A stretch of 27,573 bases of DNA, from IMG/VR virus record IMGVR_UViG_3300035683_000002, positions 73,117-100,689 of that record. The stretch is one strand, 5' to 3'. Positions 8,249-16,095 of this stretch are shown one piece after another (within the stretch, counting starts at the first letter, position 1; the number at the start of each line of letters is the position of its first letter). This DNA is from a virus. Under the pieces are notes generated by a model. That model did not search any database. It was given only the letters and a program-made list of their open reading frames with translations, and was not told the origin of the DNA. Made by a program: the position numbers and the translations under genes.

Positions 8249-8397
8249 GCGACGCGCCCGCGCCAGCCGCGCCAGCTCCGACGACAGCCGGAGCCTGGAC
8301 GCAATCCACCAATGCCTTCGCGGGGCTGACCGCGACCGACCTCGCGCGCAGGCGCAGGCGAAGACAGCCAAAGCCAACCGAACACGCGTCCACCCCA

Positions 8398-8427
8398 GGG
8401 GGCAGGCCAGAGGCCGGCCCCCTTTTT
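8398..8427 (+). terminator. Rho-independent terminator-like hairpin upstream of the scaffold ATG
   Basis: GGGGGC-A-GGC-CAGAG-GCC-G-GCCCCC followed by TTTTT. Confidence 0.6.
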
Positions 8428-8445
8428 CGTTCCCGGAGACCCCCG

Positions 8446-9843
8446 ATGAGCAAGGCCTACACGGACATCCTCGAGCTGCTCGAGACGAGCGTCGGCGAGA
8501 TCGTCACCAGTGACGCGGAGAACCGCGACGAGCTGCTGAAGACCACCTTCGGCGAGGCCCGCGAGGCGCTCGCCAAGCGCGCGGCCGAGGACCTGCCCGT
8601 GCCGGTCGGCGAGGCCGACGCGCTGACGCTGCTGGCCGACCGCATCGGCGGGCTGGAGGAGGTCGTCGAGGCGATCGAGGGCGAGGCCTGCGGCGAGGGC
8701 GTGGTCGTCTCCGTCGCGGCGGTCGGCCTGGCGAAGCGCTTCCTGGCGCATGGCGGCCTGCTGCTGCGTGCGATCGCCTCCGAGCAGGTGGCGCCGCTCG
8801 AGGAGGGCGAGACCGAGGCCCCCGAGGGCATGAGCCTGCTGAAGTTCGCCTTCGGTGAGGGCGAGGGCGAGGAGATCCTGCTCAAGTCCGCGCTGCCGGA
8901 CGAATACGCCCCGCTGGTCGCGGCGCCCGAGGAGATCGCGGCGATGCTCGCCGAGCTCGGCGCCGACCTCATGGAGGATGCCGGCGTGGATCTCGGCCCG
9001 CTCGCCAAGGCGGCGCGCGAGGAGGACGAAGACGAGGACGGTGAGGGCGACGAAGGCGAAGGCGAGGGCGAAGGCGAGGGTGAAGGCGAGGGCGAGGGCG
9101 GCGATGACGTCGACCTCGACGGCGACGACAGCCCGATGGAGGCAGTCGCCAAGCTCGCCACGATGATCCTCATCCAGGTGGACGCGATCCGCCAGGAGAT
9201 GGGCCCCGACGCCGGCGGCGCGGCGATGGAGGGCGGCGAGGGCGAGGGCGGCGAGGGCGAGGGCCCCGACGAGCTCACCGCGCTCGACGCCATCGCGCAG
9301 CACGCCGCCTTCATCGCGGTGCAGGCCGACGCGCTGGAGAGCGTGCTCAACGACGGCGATCTCGGCGCAATGGAGGGCGAGGGCCAGCAGCAGCAGCAGC
9401 CGCCGCGCGCCCCCGCGCCCACCGGCCGCGCCGGCGAGGGCGAGGATGACGGCGCCGCGGCCGAGGCGGAGGAGAAGAACAAGAAGCCCTTCGGCAAGGG
9501 CGTCGACGCCGGCGAGCTCGCCAAGGCGATCGCGGCGAGCCCCGAGGTGGTGGAGCTGCGCAAGCGCGCCGATCGCGCCGAGGTGGCGGAGCGGGAGATG
9601 GCCGAGATGCGCGAGCGCCTGGCGAAGCTCGAGCGTCAGCCCGTCGATCCGAAGGGCGTTCTCTCCGGCCTCGTCACCCTGACGAAGCAGGCCGAGAACG
9701 GTGGCGAGGGCGAGGGCGAGGCGAAGACCACCGACGAGCTCGCGCAGGACCTCGCGAAGCGCGACCCGCAAGAGGTGGTGCACGCCATGTTCAAAATCGC
9801 AGGGGCCAACCCGATCCCCATGCGCACGACCTGGGGCGGCTGA
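8446..9843 (+). CDS. Acidic capsid scaffolding protein (465 aa); possible in-frame longer form from GTG 8245
   Basis: GGAG RBS at 8435-8438. Extremely Glu/Asp-rich, with a C-terminal coiled coil ending LAKLERQPVDPKG. Lies between the protease and the MCP. By my count 15 of 20 lysines are in an [LVMF]-x-K context. Confidence 0.75.
   Translation: MSKAYTDILELLETSVGEIVTSDAENRDELLKTTFGEAREALAKRAAEDLPVPVGEADALTLLADRIGGLEEVVEAIEGEACGEGVVVSVAAVGLAKRFLAHGGLLLRAIASEQVAPLEEGETEAPEGMSLLKFAFGEGEGEEILLKSALPDEYAPLVAAPEEIAAMLAELGADLMEDAGVDLGPLAKAAREEDEDEDGEGDEGEGEGEGEGEGEGEGGDDVDLDGDDSPMEAVAKLATMILIQVDAIRQEMGPDAGGAAMEGGEGEGGEGEGPDELTALDAIAQHAAFIAVQADALESVLNDGDLGAMEGEGQQQQQPPRAPAPTGRAGEGEDDGAAAEAEEKNKKPFGKGVDAGELAKAIAASPEVVELRKRADRAEVAEREMAEMRERLAKLERQPVDPKGVLSGLVTLTKQAENGGEGEGEAKTTDELAQDLAKRDPQEVVHAMFKIAGANPIPMRTTWGG
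9019..9108 (+). repeat. Degenerate hexamer repeat (GGCGAR/GAYGAR) encoding an (ED)n(GE)n acidic tract
   Basis: Protein reads EEDEDEDGEGDEGEGEGEGEGEGEGEGGDD. Confidence 0.8.
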
Positions 9844-10171
9844 TCCAGGGCATCAGGATCCGCTCGGCCATGGCCCCGTGAGGGGAGCGGCCGAACGGCG
9901 GCGGTCCACCGGAGCCCGAAATCCGGTCCCGATCGAGGGCATCGACACGCTCGAGGAGGCGCGACCGCCGTCCGCTCCCCGCGGAGAGGGCGGCCCCGCC
10001 ACGTCCGGCTGAGCACCGGACCCGCTACCTGACCGCGACGCAGTGGGGGCAACCGAACGCGCAATCCAGCGCGTGCGGCGCCTCGTGCTGCGCGCGGTCC
10101 TGGCCCGTCTAAGCCGTTGGGCCGCGGCGATCTCAGCCCCCCGTCATCTGGGGGGCCGGAACCCCGACCAA
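9844..10171 (+). ncRNA. Candidate structured RNA / cis-regulatory leader of the major capsid gene
   Basis: 328-nt intergenic gap almost filled with helices, e.g. 9895-9906/9963-9971, 9908-9927, 10003-10021, 10031-10043/10088-10099, 10057-10074, 10136-10156. GNRA loops GTGA and GCAA. Not matched to any known family. Confidence 0.4.
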
Positions 10172-11689
10172 ATGAATACCGTGGACGTCAACGCGTCGTT
10201 CGACGCGATCAAGGCTGCGCTGAGCAAGGCGCTGCCGCAGTCCGAGCTGCAGAAGGCCTGGACGCAGAGCCAGAACCCCACCACCGGGCTGACGATGTAC
10301 AGCCTGGAGGCGCCCGCCAAGATGGTGGTGCCGCAGGTCACCCCGTTGAGGAATCGCATCCCGCGCGTGACCGGCGGGCAGGGCATCCAGGCCAACTGGC
10401 GCGCAATCACCGCGCTGTCCACCGCCATGCCGGGCATCGGCGTGAGCGAGGGTCGCCGTGGTGGCCTCGTCGAGGGCGTGGTCACCGAGTACTACGCGAA
10501 GTTCGTGCAGCTCGGCGTCGAGAGCGCCGTGTCGTTCGAGGCGCAGCTCGCGGGCGAGGGCTTCGATGACGTGAAGGCTCGCGCCGTCCAGGGCATGCTG
10601 ATGCACCTGATGATGGGTGAGGAGCAGGTCATCCTCGCGGGTCAGGGCACCTTCGGTCTCGGCGTGACGCCGACGCCGGTGCTGGCCACCTCTGTTTCCG
10701 GTGGTACGCTCGCGGCGGCAACCAACGTCTTCGTGCGCGTCGTCGCCCTCACGCTCGAGGGCTACATGGCGGCGAAGGCCGGCATGGTGCGCGGCTCCGT
10801 GGCGCGGTCCAACGCCGACGGCAGCACCGACAACTACGGCTCGGGCGCGGCGGGCGCGTCGAACTCCGCCACCGTGGCGACGGGCGGCGCGGGTGCGGCG
10901 CACAGCGTGACGGCGTCGGTGACGCCGGTGCGCGGCGCGATGGCCTATGCCTGGTTCGTGGGCTCGGTCGACGGCTCCGCCGGCAACCTCCGCCTGCACG
11001 ACGTGACGACGATCAACTCGACCGTCATCCGTGCGCTGCCGGGCGGCGGCAACCTCGCGCTGCCGGCCGACCTCGTCGGCAACGACCGCTCCGCCAACGG
11101 CCTGGTGCACGATGGCTACATCGGCATCGCGGCGCGCGCGGGCAGCGGCTCGTACTTCCGCCACCTCGACACCGGCGTCGCCGGCGTTGGGTCGCCGCTG
11201 ACGAGCGACGGCGCGGGCGGCATCGTGGAGTTCGACGATGCGCTGCGCTGGTTCTGGGACAACCTGCGCCTCTCGCCGAGCGAGATCTGGGTGTCGAGCG
11301 AGCAGGCGGCGTCCATGCGCAAGCTCATTCTCGCGGCCGGCTCTGCGGCGACGCAGCGCTTCACCTTCGTGTCGGCGCAGGGCGACCTGAAGGGCGGCGG
11401 CAAGGTGCGCGGCTACATCAACGTGTTCGGCATGGGTGCGGCGCCCGAAATCCCGATCGAGAGCCACCCGTACCTGCCGCCGGGCACGGTGCTGTTCCTG
11501 ACGCACCAGCTGCCCTACCCGGTGTCCAACATCGGGCAGACGTCGCGAATTCTTTGCAGGCGCGATTATCACCAGCTGGACTGGCCGCTCCGGACCCGTA
11601 TGCACGAGATGGGTGCATATACCGATCAGGTCCTGCAGCACTACTTCCCGCCCAGCATCGGCGTCATTTCCAACATCGCGAAGGGCTAG
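10172..11689 (+). CDS. Major capsid protein (HK97-like fold, 505 aa) with an inserted beta-rich domain
   Basis: Motifs GLTMYSLEAPAK, PQVTPLRNRIPRV, GVSEGRRG, MGEEQVIL and IPIESHPYLPPGT. Follows the scaffold and precedes a strong terminator. Short propeptide ends LSK...LQK. Ser/Thr/Val/Ala-rich insert at ~10660-11090. Confidence 0.88.
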   Translation: MNTVDVNASFDAIKAALSKALPQSELQKAWTQSQNPTTGLTMYSLEAPAKMVVPQVTPLRNRIPRVTGGQGIQANWRAITALSTAMPGIGVSEGRRGGLVEGVVTEYYAKFVQLGVESAVSFEAQLAGEGFDDVKARAVQGMLMHLMMGEEQVILAGQGTFGLGVTPTPVLATSVSGGTLAAATNVFVRVVALTLEGYMAAKAGMVRGSVARSNADGSTDNYGSGAAGASNSATVATGGAGAAHSVTASVTPVRGAMAYAWFVGSVDGSAGNLRLHDVTTINSTVIRALPGGGNLALPADLVGNDRSANGLVHDGYIGIAARAGSGSYFRHLDTGVAGVGSPLTSDGAGGIVEFDDALRWFWDNLRLSPSEIWVSSEQAASMRKLILAAGSAATQRFTFVSAQGDLKGGGKVRGYINVFGMGAAPEIPIESHPYLPPGTVLFLTHQLPYPVSNIGQTSRILCRRDYHQLDWPLRTRMHEMGAYTDQVLQHYFPPSIGVISNIAKG

Positions 11690-11703
11690 GACTTTCGCGA
11701 ACC

Positions 11704-11733
11704 GAGGGGAGGGGGGCAACCCCCTCCCTTTTT
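11704..11733 (+). terminator. Rho-independent terminator after the MCP
   Basis: GGGAGGGGG-GCAA-CCCCCTCCC stem with GNRA loop, followed by TTTTTCTTT. Confidence 0.88.
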
Positions 11734-11768
11734 CTTTCCCATCACTTCCAGATGACCCCGGAGGCCCA

Positions 11769-12113
11769 ATGGCCCGCTACCGCTCCACACCGCAGGTCGG
11801 CGGCTTCTCCGCCGGCGATCTCGGCTCCTTCACCGCCGACGAGGAGGGCATCTTCGAGCTGCCCGACACCACCGACGGCGACATCGTCGCGGTGATGGCC
11901 GGCCACGGCGTCGCGCTCGAGCTCGTCGAGGACGCACCCGCGCCGACGACCGAAGCCGGCACCGACGAGGACACCGGCACCGACGTCGCCGACAAGCGCG
12001 ACGCACCCGCCGAGACCGCGCCCGTCACGGACGGCGAGGGTGAGGCACGCGCCGACGACGGCGAGACCTCCGACAAGCCCGCCCCCACCGCGAAGAAGCG
12101 CAAGGCCGGCTGA
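11769..12113 (+). CDS. Small acidic protein (114 aa) following the MCP
   Basis: GGAGG at 11760-11764, ATG 11769. Folded-looking N-half and a disordered acidic C-half ending AKKRKAG. Stop overlaps the next ATG. Confidence 0.75.
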   Translation: MARYRSTPQVGGFSAGDLGSFTADEEGIFELPDTTDGDIVAVMAGHGVALELVEDAPAPTTEAGTDEDTGTDVADKRDAPAETAPVTDGEGEARADDGETSDKPAPTAKKRKAG

Positions 12114-12652
12114 TGCCCATCGCCCCCTACGTCTCCGCCGCGGAGGCGAAGGCCTGGCTCGGCATCCCAACGGCGGATGCGAGCCAGGACCAGGCGGTCG
12201 ACGCGGCGATCGCCGCGGCCTCCGCGATGATCCAGAAGCACCTCGGCTTCGACATCGGCCCAGGCCAGAGCACCGAACAGGTGTTCGGCCTCGGCGCCTC
12301 ATACCTCTACCCGCGCCGCACGCCGATCGGCGCCGTCGCCTCGGTGACGCGCGACGGCGAGGCCGTGCCCTTCACCTTCGACACCTTCGCGATCCGCCGC
12401 ACCGACGGCCGGCTCTTCGAGCGCCACGCCGCGTACGTCGTCACCTACTCGGTCACCGAGGAGCTGCCGAAGGACGTCGTCCTCGCCGCGAAGATGACCG
12501 TGCAGGCCGTCTTCGGCGCGCCCGCGATGGACCCGAACCTGCTCGGCGAGAGCAACGCCGGCTTCGGCTCCTCCAGCTACCAACCCGGCGGCCCCGGCTC
12601 CCTGCCGCGCTCGGCCGCCTCCCTCCTCGAAGAATACCGGCGGAGATTCTGA
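12113..12652 (+). CDS. Head-tail adaptor/connector (HK97 gp6 / SPP1 gp15-like)
   Basis: YVSAAEAKAWLG...D.AI.AAS..I..HLG, VTY...LPKDV..A and C-terminal LLEEYRR patterns; synteny. Confidence 0.8.
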   Translation: MPIAPYVSAAEAKAWLGIPTADASQDQAVDAAIAAASAMIQKHLGFDIGPGQSTEQVFGLGASYLYPRRTPIGAVASVTRDGEAVPFTFDTFAIRRTDGRLFERHAAYVVTYSVTEELPKDVVLAAKMTVQAVFGAPAMDPNLLGESNAGFGSSSYQPGGPGSLPRSAASLLEEYRRRF

Positions 12653-12654
12653 CC

Positions 12655-13257
12655 ATGGGCTTCCGAGCCGCCCACTACCGCCGCCGCGCGCAGCAGGTCA
12701 TGGCCTCGCGCCCGGGCGACAACCCGCGCGTGACCTATCGCCGCATCAGCCGCCTCGACGGCCCGACGCCCGCGCAGAACCCGCCGCGCTACTCCGGCCC
12801 GCTGACGGTCGCAGGACCGCACGAGGCCGGCGCGGCGACGCTCGCCCTCGCCGGCGCCGGCCTCGTCGGCCGCGTCGTCGCCGGCGACCGCTTCACCGTC
12901 GGGCTGCGCACCTTCACCGCCGCGGCGGAGGCCCTCGACACCGGCCTCGGCACGGTGACCGTGCCCCTGACGGAGCCACTCGCCGCGCCCCTCTCCGGCG
13001 GCTCCACCGCCGCCCCCGCCTGGTCGGCCGACACCGTCCTTTGGTGCCGGAAGCGGGCCTACGGCGAGCGCCTGATCGACGGGCAGCAGATCCTCGCCGG
13101 CGACCACCGGGTCGAGATCGCCGCCGCCGACCTCGCCTTCGACCCCACCGCCCAGGACCTCGTCATCATGCCGAACGGCGACGTCACGGTGGTGGTCGCC
13201 GCCATCCCAACGGAGATGGACGGCGAGGCGGTCACCTGGGCACTCCAGACCCGCTGA
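12655..13257 (+). CDS. Head-closure (stopper) protein with an inserted beta-domain (200 aa)
   Basis: ATG 12655. C-half YGERLIDGQQILAGDHRVEI...P...D.V...LQTR matches the head-closure pattern; synteny. Confidence 0.7.
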   Translation: MGFRAAHYRRRAQQVMASRPGDNPRVTYRRISRLDGPTPAQNPPRYSGPLTVAGPHEAGAATLALAGAGLVGRVVAGDRFTVGLRTFTAAAEALDTGLGTVTVPLTEPLAAPLSGGSTAAPAWSADTVLWCRKRAYGERLIDGQQILAGDHRVEIAAADLAFDPTAQDLVIMPNGDVTVVVAAIPTEMDGEAVTWALQTR

Positions 13258-13258
13258 C

Positions 13259-13915
13259 ATGGCCGAGGATTTCGGCGCCTCGGTCGGCCAGTGGGTCGAC
13301 CGGGCAGGCGGGCGGGCCCGGGAGGCCTTCCTCGCCATCGGCATCGACGTCCTCGCCCGGGTGAAGGAGCTCACCCCCGTCGACACCGGCAATCTCCGGG
13401 CCGGCTGGCAGCTCATGCGCCAGGGGGAGGAACTCCCCGTCGACCGCGAGCTGCTGAAGGACGCCGGCGGCCTCGGCGCAGGCCTCGCCGGCGGCTGGGC
13501 GGGCGCGAGGGCCGGCGCCGCGGCCGGCGCGCGGATCGGCCTCGCGGTCGGTGGCGCGGGCGGCGCCGCGATCGGCGGCACGATCGGCGGCCTCGCCGGC
13601 GGCCTCGCCGGATCCCTCGCGGCCGAAGAGGCGACGGGCGCTGCGATCGACGCGGCGATGCCGGCCGGCACCATCGGCGGCGCCTTCGGCCCGGTCACCG
13701 ACACCCGCCCCGTGGCCGAGGTGCAGCTCGGCGAGACGCTCGTCGTGGTGAACCCCGTCGTCTACGCGCGGCGCATCGAGTTCGGCTGGGAGATCGAACG
13801 GGTGGACGGCACCACTACCACCGTCAGGGGCGCCGGGATGATGGCCCAGACGATGAGCGAGCTCCCCGCCATCGCGGACCGCGCGGTCAAGCGCGTGCTC
13901 GGAGAAGGCGCATGA
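13259..13915 (+). CDS. HK97 gp10-family tail completion / neck protein with an internal Gly-zipper insertion
   Basis: TPVDTGNLRAGW and NPVVYARRIEFG...GMM family motifs, separated by a ~75-aa Gly/Ala tract. Confidence 0.82.
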   Translation: MAEDFGASVGQWVDRAGGRAREAFLAIGIDVLARVKELTPVDTGNLRAGWQLMRQGEELPVDRELLKDAGGLGAGLAGGWAGARAGAAAGARIGLAVGGAGGAAIGGTIGGLAGGLAGSLAAEEATGAAIDAAMPAGTIGGAFGPVTDTRPVAEVQLGETLVVVNPVVYARRIEFGWEIERVDGTTTTVRGAGMMAQTMSELPAIADRAVKRVLGEGA

Positions 13916-14307
13916 TCCTCGACATCGACAGGGCCTTCGAGCCCGCCATCGCGGCGATCGGCGGCGAGATCCACTGGCCCGGGCGCGCCTTCACCCCGAA
14001 GCCCGGCATCCCCTACGTCCGCGCCCGCATGGCTGGCCGCGCGGCCAACACGATCGGCCTCGGCGAGCACGCGCCGCGCATGTGGCAGGGGATGCTCTAC
14101 CTCGTCGTCCACCAGCCCGCGAGCGACGGCCTCTACCCGGCCAGCGGCCGGGCCCAGGCGGTCGAGGCCCTCTTCAAGCGCGGCACGCACCTCATCAGCG
14201 GCCGCGCGAAGGTCACGATCGAGGCGGTCTCGATCCTGGCACCCGAGGAGAGCGCGGATTGGAACCGCGTCCCGGTCGTCGTCACCTGGTTCGCAATGGA
14301 GACATGA
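13912..14307 (+). CDS. Tail terminator protein (131 aa)
   Basis: ATGA overlap at 13912. IHWPGRAFTP..PYVR, G.L...V..P...G, LFKRGT and W.RVPV.V.W pattern; synteny. Confidence 0.75.
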   Translation: MILDIDRAFEPAIAAIGGEIHWPGRAFTPKPGIPYVRARMAGRAANTIGLGEHAPRMWQGMLYLVVHQPASDGLYPASGRAQAVEALFKRGTHLISGRAKVTIEAVSILAPEESADWNRVPVVVTWFAMET

Positions 14308-14660
14308 GGATGCGCGTATTCGTCTGCGAAAGCCGCGGCACCGCCGGCAGCTGGAGCTACTACCCGGGGGAGGTGCTCTCCCATGAGGAGCTCGTCCTCG
14401 GCCGCGATGCGGACGAGCGGACGATCGGTGCGCTGACCCGCCGCGTGGTCCTCACCGAGATCACCGACCCGGCCGAGGTGGACGCGCTCGGCGAGGCCCT
14501 CAGCGCCGAGAAGCGCGCCCGGGTGCTGGAGGTGCTGGCGCTGCCGGCCTTCGAGTTCATCCCCGAGCCGATCGACCTGGGCGGTCCGTCGGACGAGGTC
14601 ATCGAGACCTTCGTCGAGCCCGCCAACGGGGACGAGCCCGCGCGGCGCCGCCGCCGCTGA
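14304..14660 (+). CDS. Hypothetical protein (~118 aa; start 14304 or 14310)
   Basis: ATGA overlap with the previous stop; plausible composition; ends RRRRR. Confidence 0.65.
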   Translation: MRMRVFVCESRGTAGSWSYYPGEVLSHEELVLGRDADERTIGALTRRVVLTEITDPAEVDALGEALSAEKRARVLEVLALPAFEFIPEPIDLGGPSDEVIETFVEPANGDEPARRRRR

Positions 14661-14680
14661 CCCCCGGGGGCTAGGCCCCC

Positions 14681-14740
14681 ACCACCGCACACCACCGCAC
14701 ACCACCGCGCACCACCGCGCACCACCACACACCACCGCAA
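14681..14740. repeat. Tandem repeat, 6 x 10 bp, consensus ACCACCGCAC
   Basis: accaccgcac accaccgcac accaccgcgc accaccgcgc accaccacac accaccgcaa; intergenic. Confidence 0.95.
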
Positions 14741-14745
14741 CCGCG

Positions 14746-14782
14746 AGCCCGGCAGCCGAAAGGCGCCGGGCTTTCGCCTTTT
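14746..14782 (+). terminator. Terminator-like hairpin upstream of the tail tube gene
   Basis: AGCCCGGC-A-GCC-GAAA-GGC-GCCGGGCT then TTCGCCTTTT. Confidence 0.6.
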
Positions 14783-14797
14783 CAGGGACCCCGCCCG

Positions 14798-16030
14798 ATG
14801 TCCACCGACAGCTTCACCCGCGGCGTAAACCGCCAGATCGGCATCAACCGCCAGACCGCCGTCGGCACCCTCGCCGCCGCCGCCGGCGCGAAGGTGCTGC
14901 GCCGCATGTCCGCCAACCCGAACCTCATGCGCGACGTCATCTCGTCGCAGGAGATCCTGCCCTCCCACCAGGTCCGCGACGCCCGCCTCGGCACCAAGCG
15001 CGTGCCGATGCAGTTCAACGGCCAGCTGAGCCCCGGCGCCTACCCCGACTTCTTCGAGGGCATGGTGCGGCGCAACTTCTCCGCCGGCGCCGCCGCCACC
15101 GCCGCTGCCCTCGGCACCGTCACCGCCGCCGCCGGCCCGCCCGGCACCTTCACCCGCTCGACCGGCTCCTGGATCACCGACGGCTTCCGCGTGGGCGACA
15201 TCGTCCGCTTCACCGGCTTCGCCGCCGGCCAGGTGGGCAACAACGACCGCAACTACCGGATCACCGCGCTGACCGCGACCGTGCTGACCACCTCCGGCAC
15301 GGCCAACGAGGTCGTCGTCGCGGGCGCCGGCGGCGCCGCCGCGGTCGCCGCCGCGGTGGTCGGCAAGAAGACCTTCATCCCGCAGACCGGCCACCTCTTC
15401 CACGCCTACACGATCGAGGACTGGATCCCCGACGCCTCGCCGTCGATCAGCGAGCGCTACTGGGACATGCGGATGCAGGCGCTCGCCGTCCGCGTGCCGC
15501 CGTCGGGCATCGTCACCCTCGACGCCCAGATGATCGGCCGCGACCGCACCCGCGCCGCCACGCGCTACTTCACCACCCCCACCGCGCCGACGGCCGACAA
15601 CAGCCTCTCCTCGGTCTCCGGCCGGGTGCGCTTCAACGGCGCCGACATCGCCTCGATCACCGGCCTGGCCTTCCAGCTCGCGTGCCCGACCGATGCCCAG
15701 CCCTGCGTCGGCACCCAGCTCGTGCCCGACAACTTCCAGGGCACGCTGAGCCTGCGCGGGCAGGGGTCCTGCTATCTCACCGACGGCGACTTCGCGACGC
15801 TGTTCGAGAACGAGACCGAGATCGACCTCCACCTGATGCTGACGTCCGACAGCACCAACAACAGCCCGTTCGTGGCCTTCACCATGAACAGGGTGAAGCT
15901 CTTCGGCATGGACCGCCAGGACAGCGACCGCTCCCTGATGCAGAGCTTCCAGTTCCAGGCCCTCGAGCACGTCGGCGCCGCCGCGCCGTTCGAGGCGACC
16001 ACCTTCAGCGTGCAGGACAGCGCCGCCTAA
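14798..16030 (+). CDS. Major tail tube protein (non-contractile, Phage_tube_2-like) with an inserted beta-domain
   Basis: SQEILPSHQVRDARLG, LSPGAYPDFFEG, insert FTRSTGSWITDGFRVGDIVRFTGF, YTIEDW and FQAL. Precedes the chaperones and tape measure. Confidence 0.85.
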   Translation: MSTDSFTRGVNRQIGINRQTAVGTLAAAAGAKVLRRMSANPNLMRDVISSQEILPSHQVRDARLGTKRVPMQFNGQLSPGAYPDFFEGMVRRNFSAGAAATAAALGTVTAAAGPPGTFTRSTGSWITDGFRVGDIVRFTGFAAGQVGNNDRNYRITALTATVLTTSGTANEVVVAGAGGAAAVAAAVVGKKTFIPQTGHLFHAYTIEDWIPDASPSISERYWDMRMQALAVRVPPSGIVTLDAQMIGRDRTRAATRYFTTPTAPTADNSLSSVSGRVRFNGADIASITGLAFQLACPTDAQPCVGTQLVPDNFQGTLSLRGQGSCYLTDGDFATLFENETEIDLHLMLTSDSTNNSPFVAFTMNRVKLFGMDRQDSDRSLMQSFQFQALEHVGAAAPFEATTFSVQDSAA

Positions 16031-16095
16031 GCGCCCCGCCGCTGCTGCCGCCGGCCCCGCGCGGGCCGGCGTGACCACCACCACCCGACAGTCGC

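Noticed and set aside
3623-8377. 1584-aa minus-strand ORF, plus other long antisense ORFs (8191-9783, 10133-11719, 14360-16135, 16763-18829, 19904-22312, 22390-24066, 25809-27434)
   Set aside because: Shadow ORFs opposite real genes. High GC at third codon positions removes antisense stops, and the translations have no motifs.
10043-10171. Upstream GTG start for the MCP
   Set aside because: The extension is Arg-rich, lacks family features and lies in the structured leader; ATG 10172 is preferred.
14681-14740. Possible CRISPR array
   Set aside because: Contiguous 10-bp units with no spacers and no cas genes.
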